This document shows positions 61,261-64,000 of a DNA stretch of 64,000 nt, piece after piece. The stretch is taken from NCBI GenBank assembly GCA_963751455.1, contig CAVVUN010000015.1:800001-864000 (forward strand), written 5' to 3'. This DNA is from Nitrospirota bacterium (GTDB taxonomy: Bacteria; Nitrospirota; UBA9217). Each line of letters starts with the position of its first letter. Position 1 is the stretch's first letter. The notes under the pieces are model-generated. The model was not told the origin of the DNA. It saw only the letters and a program-made list of their open reading frames with translations, and made no database searches. A program made the position numbers and the translations under genes.

Positions 61261-62778
61261 ATGGCATTTTTGCGAAACATCACGACCGCCGTCCTCCTTT
61301 TTTCCGTCGCAGCAACCGTTCATGCATCAACCTATGTCGATGTTGAAGACGACGTGTATATCCTCCTTTCGCGGCTCGAGGCCGAAGGCGTTATTCGCGA
61401 CGCACTGTTGTCTACAAAGCCGTTAAGCCGTAGAGAAATCGTGAGGCTGCTGCATGAAGCGGAAACGAATGCGGAAGGCCGCAGTGAATTCATCAAAAGC
61501 CTGGTCCGCGACCTTAAACAGAGTGTAAGACCTGAAGAATTCGAGTCAGGAGGCCTGAAGCTTTTGGATAGGGCGTACGTAAAATACATCAATACCGATG
61601 CCGACGTCCTGACGCTTGTCTACGGCTTTACTCGTGAAAAAGAACAGGCCTTTAACTATAATAATAACGGAGACCTTTACAGCCGCGGCTCCAATTACCG
61701 CGCCGGTTTTACCTCGCGGGCGGAAAATTGGGGACTGTTTTCATTGTACCTCAATCCCGAGTTCAGGTCGTCTAAAGGCGAACAGGCGGTACTTAAAAAA
61801 GGGTACGGCGTACTCGGCTTCTCCCGGCTCGATATCGTTTTAGGCAGAGATTCCCTGTGGTGGGGACCCGGATATAACGGCTCCATTCTTCTCTCCAATA
61901 ACGCCGAACCCTTCACCATGCTGAAGCTCACCGGCCCCGAGCCGGTGATCCTTCCCTGGATCTTCAAATACCTCGGCCCGTTCCAGTACACTATCTTCGC
62001 AACAAGACTTGAAAAAGACAGGAACGATTTCCCCGAGCCGTATCTTTGGGGTATGCGCTTCGAGCTCAAACCGCATCCGGTCCTCGAGCTGGGGTTTCAG
62101 CGTACGGCGCTCCTCGGCGGCCGCGGCAGGGCGCAGGGCCTGAATACATGGGTTAACAGTCTTTTGGGAACAGAAGAACATGAGAGAGACTTCAGCCGGG
62201 AAACCGGCGATCAAAGGGCCGGGTGGGACCTGAAGCTGACCTTGCCTTTCAAGCTGCAGCCCCTGCAGATGTACTGGGAGGGAGATGGAGAAGACGGCAT
62301 TCATGGCTGGCCCAGCCAATGGGCAAAGCTGTACGGCATTTACCTGCCGAGAGTGCTCAGCCTCGAAAGAATCAGCCTGCGCGGCGAATATGCCACGACT
62401 CATATGAATAAGCACCCCGGCGCGGTGTGGTACACGCACCATATTTACACCGCGGGCTACACGTACAACGGCATGATCATCGGCCACCACATGGGCTCCG
62501 ATTCGAACGACCTGTTCTCCGAGCTCTCTTTCCTTATTCCCGAAAAAAACAGCAGAGTGTTTATCCATTATGACCGGGTGGAACACAACCTTTCTAATCC
62601 TGACCCCGGAAACCACGAGATCCTGGATGAAGTTGCAGCAGGCGTGCAGCTCGCGTTGACCCGGTCAGTGGACCTGAAGGCCGTTTTCAACCATGGACGG
62701 CTGAAGAACCGTGAAAATACGCCCCATGAAGCCGTGCAGTTCAGCGCCTTCGGCGTAGAAATGACGTATAGATTCTGA
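61261..62778 (+). CDS. wzi: Capsule assembly outer membrane protein, Wzi family
   Basis: Signal peptide; GRDSLWWGPGYNGSILLSNNAEP, GDQRAG.D, YTYNG.IIGH; terminal YRF; RBS AAGGAG. Confidence 0.85.
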   Translation: MAFLRNITTAVLLFSVAATVHASTYVDVEDDVYILLSRLEAEGVIRDALLSTKPLSRREIVRLLHEAETNAEGRSEFIKSLVRDLKQSVRPEEFESGGLKLLDRAYVKYINTDADVLTLVYGFTREKEQAFNYNNNGDLYSRGSNYRAGFTSRAENWGLFSLYLNPEFRSSKGEQAVLKKGYGVLGFSRLDIVLGRDSLWWGPGYNGSILLSNNAEPFTMLKLTGPEPVILPWIFKYLGPFQYTIFATRLEKDRNDFPEPYLWGMRFELKPHPVLELGFQRTALLGGRGRAQGLNTWVNSLLGTEEHERDFSRETGDQRAGWDLKLTLPFKLQPLQMYWEGDGEDGIHGWPSQWAKLYGIYLPRVLSLERISLRGEYATTHMNKHPGAVWYTHHIYTAGYTYNGMIIGHHMGSDSNDLFSELSFLIPEKNSRVFIHYDRVEHNLSNPDPGNHEILDEVAAGVQLALTRSVDLKAVFNHGRLKNRENTPHEAVQFSAFGVEMTYRF

Positions 62779-62807
62779 TCCGGCTGTCCGGCCGCTTCTC
62801 ATGTGAT

Positions 62808-62862
62808 TCGTACCGGAACTCATAACCGGGAGGCCGTCGGTTTAAATCGCCCCCCGCTACAA
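62808..62862 (+). pseudogene. Degenerate 3' half of an initiator-type tRNA-Met (att-like remnant)
   Basis: TCGTACCGGAACTCATAACCGGGAGGCCGTCGGTTTAAATCGCCCCCCGCTACAA resembles the tRNA-fMet 3' half (CTCATAACCCGAAGGTCGTCGGTTCAAATCCGGCCCCCGCAACCA); no D-arm. Confidence 0.7.
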
Positions 62863-62870
62863 AGCTCATC

Positions 62871-62906
62871 AAGAGGCTACAGCACATGCTGTAACCTCTC
62901 TTTTTT
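62871..62906 (+). terminator. Terminator-like hairpin after the tRNA remnant
   Basis: AGAGGCTACAGCA-CA-TGCTGTAACCTCT followed by a T run. Confidence 0.55.
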
Positions 62907-62954
62907 GACTGTGCTAAAACTGTGCCAACGCCGTCCAAAGTCTCAACGCCATCT

Positions 62955-63175
62955 CTGCGATTTATGGCGTATCAGCTTGCTGCACTTTGTAAATCCCGTT
63001 GTTGCATAAGACCATTTCAGAAAAAACTTTCGTGAAGCCCGTTTGCTTGATTGCGCAGCGCATTCAATTTGCAACTACGGGGTAAAGATCGACTCCCGCC
63101 TGAACAAGCCGCGTCGTGAAAGTATGCCGCAGATTGTGAAACCGGCACTTGCTCACCTTCGCCTTTTCCACTCCA
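62955..63175 (-). pseudogene. Tyrosine recombinase/integrase C-terminal remnant
   Basis: Manual translation GVEKAKVSKCRFHNLRHTFTTRLVQAGVDLY, then broken IYKVQ.KLIRHKS; points toward the tRNA remnant. Confidence 0.78.
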
Positions 63176-63695
63176 GTTCTCAATCTCATCCAGCCTTCAG
63201 GAAAAATATCGCGTCATCAACAAGGTGCTTATTCACTTCCCCGTCACATCCTTCTAGTCAGGAGGATCGTCTCGGTCTTTGCTCCTTCATGGTTCTGCGG
63301 GCATTGAGCGCATCCTTCGAAAACCGAGCCCCGGAAAGTTGTGTTTACGCTGTAGTCATTGAATTCGGAGTTCTCCGGTAATAATTCTCTGGCGGCTATC
63401 CATGTTTTAGCGTATCTAAGCAGAAAATTTTTTTCCGGTTGACACACTAGCTCTAAAATGCTAGGCTCGATTACACAGCTTAAGAGTGAAAAAGGGAGTA
63501 ATTTCTCAATCGAACCGCAGTAACCGGAATTCTTCGGGGGTACTTTTACGTTACAAATCAAATTCTTCTCAGAATGGAAAGAATATTTCACCGCGAAGCC
63601 GCGCCCTGCACTCGCGCGGGCAATGCTTAGACTCGTTGTCTACCATCTCGCTACGAAACGCGAGATGGGAATCAAGGGTCTCATAAACGCTGGGT

Positions 63696-63824
63696 GCAGG
63701 CAAAGAACGCAAAGGAAATCCTTAAATTCTAATTCCGGCGGGTTAGAGCTTTAAATCTTCGCGACCTTTGCGGCTTGGCGGTTCAAAAGGTTTTTGATTT
63801 TGGTTCCGGTTTGTCCGGGTTAGG
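63696..63824. repeat. CGCAAAG-unit palindrome followed by a TGGTTCCGGTTTGTCCGGGTTAGG end motif
   Basis: GGCAAAGAACGCAAAG ... CTTCGCGACCTTTGCGGCTTGGCGGTT; end motif 63801-63824 is the inverse of that at 44340. Confidence 0.78.
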
Positions 63825-64000
63825 GGTATCCCGTTAAATTTATTAAAAAATTCTATTATTTTTCGTAGGCTGGACGATCAATTTGATGCCCTGCACCGCC
63901 GCCATTATTTTCCCTTTCCTTTTCCATCGTAATCATCTTACTGTATAATACTGTATCTGCCAACCTGAAGCAAAAACCGCTGATCGTTGCAGAAAAATAC

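Noticed and set aside
30644-62862. Single island bounded by direct repeats of the tRNA-Met 3' end
   Set aside because: The right-hand remnant shares little beyond the anticodon loop with the 30644 tRNA and looks like initiator tRNA.
63244-63591. 115-aa minus-strand ORF
   Set aside because: No recognisable motif; it lies in decayed mobile-element sequence.

Overview
A 64-kb bacterial chromosomal window; the gene content suggests a Nitrospirota/Desulfobacterota-like anaerobe (inference). Many genes carry 1-bp frameshifts that look like long-read consensus errors. Left half: a TolC/MacAB-like ABC export operon; an OB-fold/OsmC/DUF134/NifX-like/DsrE/ArsR cluster with a repeated palindromic operator; tamAB; DUF302; a PP2C phosphatase; a PiT/DUF47 phosphate transport pair; a patatin-POTRA-Omp85 protein; a cysteine desulfurase; a GGDEF protein; an M1-peptidase/ChaN/PDZ fusion; a DksA-like gene; and tRNA-Met. 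After the tRNA come a HigBA-like toxin-antitoxin pair and decayed integrative-element debris. A ~30-kb Wzx/Wzy capsule/EPS cluster with seven methyltransferases follows, then a degenerate tRNA-fMet 3' half and an integrase remnant. The most striking unexplained structure is non-coding. About 13 paired palindromic elements, plus several solo arms, lie in intergenic spacers, and their arms are 2-3 tandem 9-10-bp units. Several sit inside 157-272-bp MITE-like units with different end types: GTAA ends with an 8-bp duplication, CC..AGG ends with a 5-bp duplication, and CTAG-flanked ends. Two copies are 100% identical and one insertion is nested. No cognate transposase or nuclease gene lies in the window.
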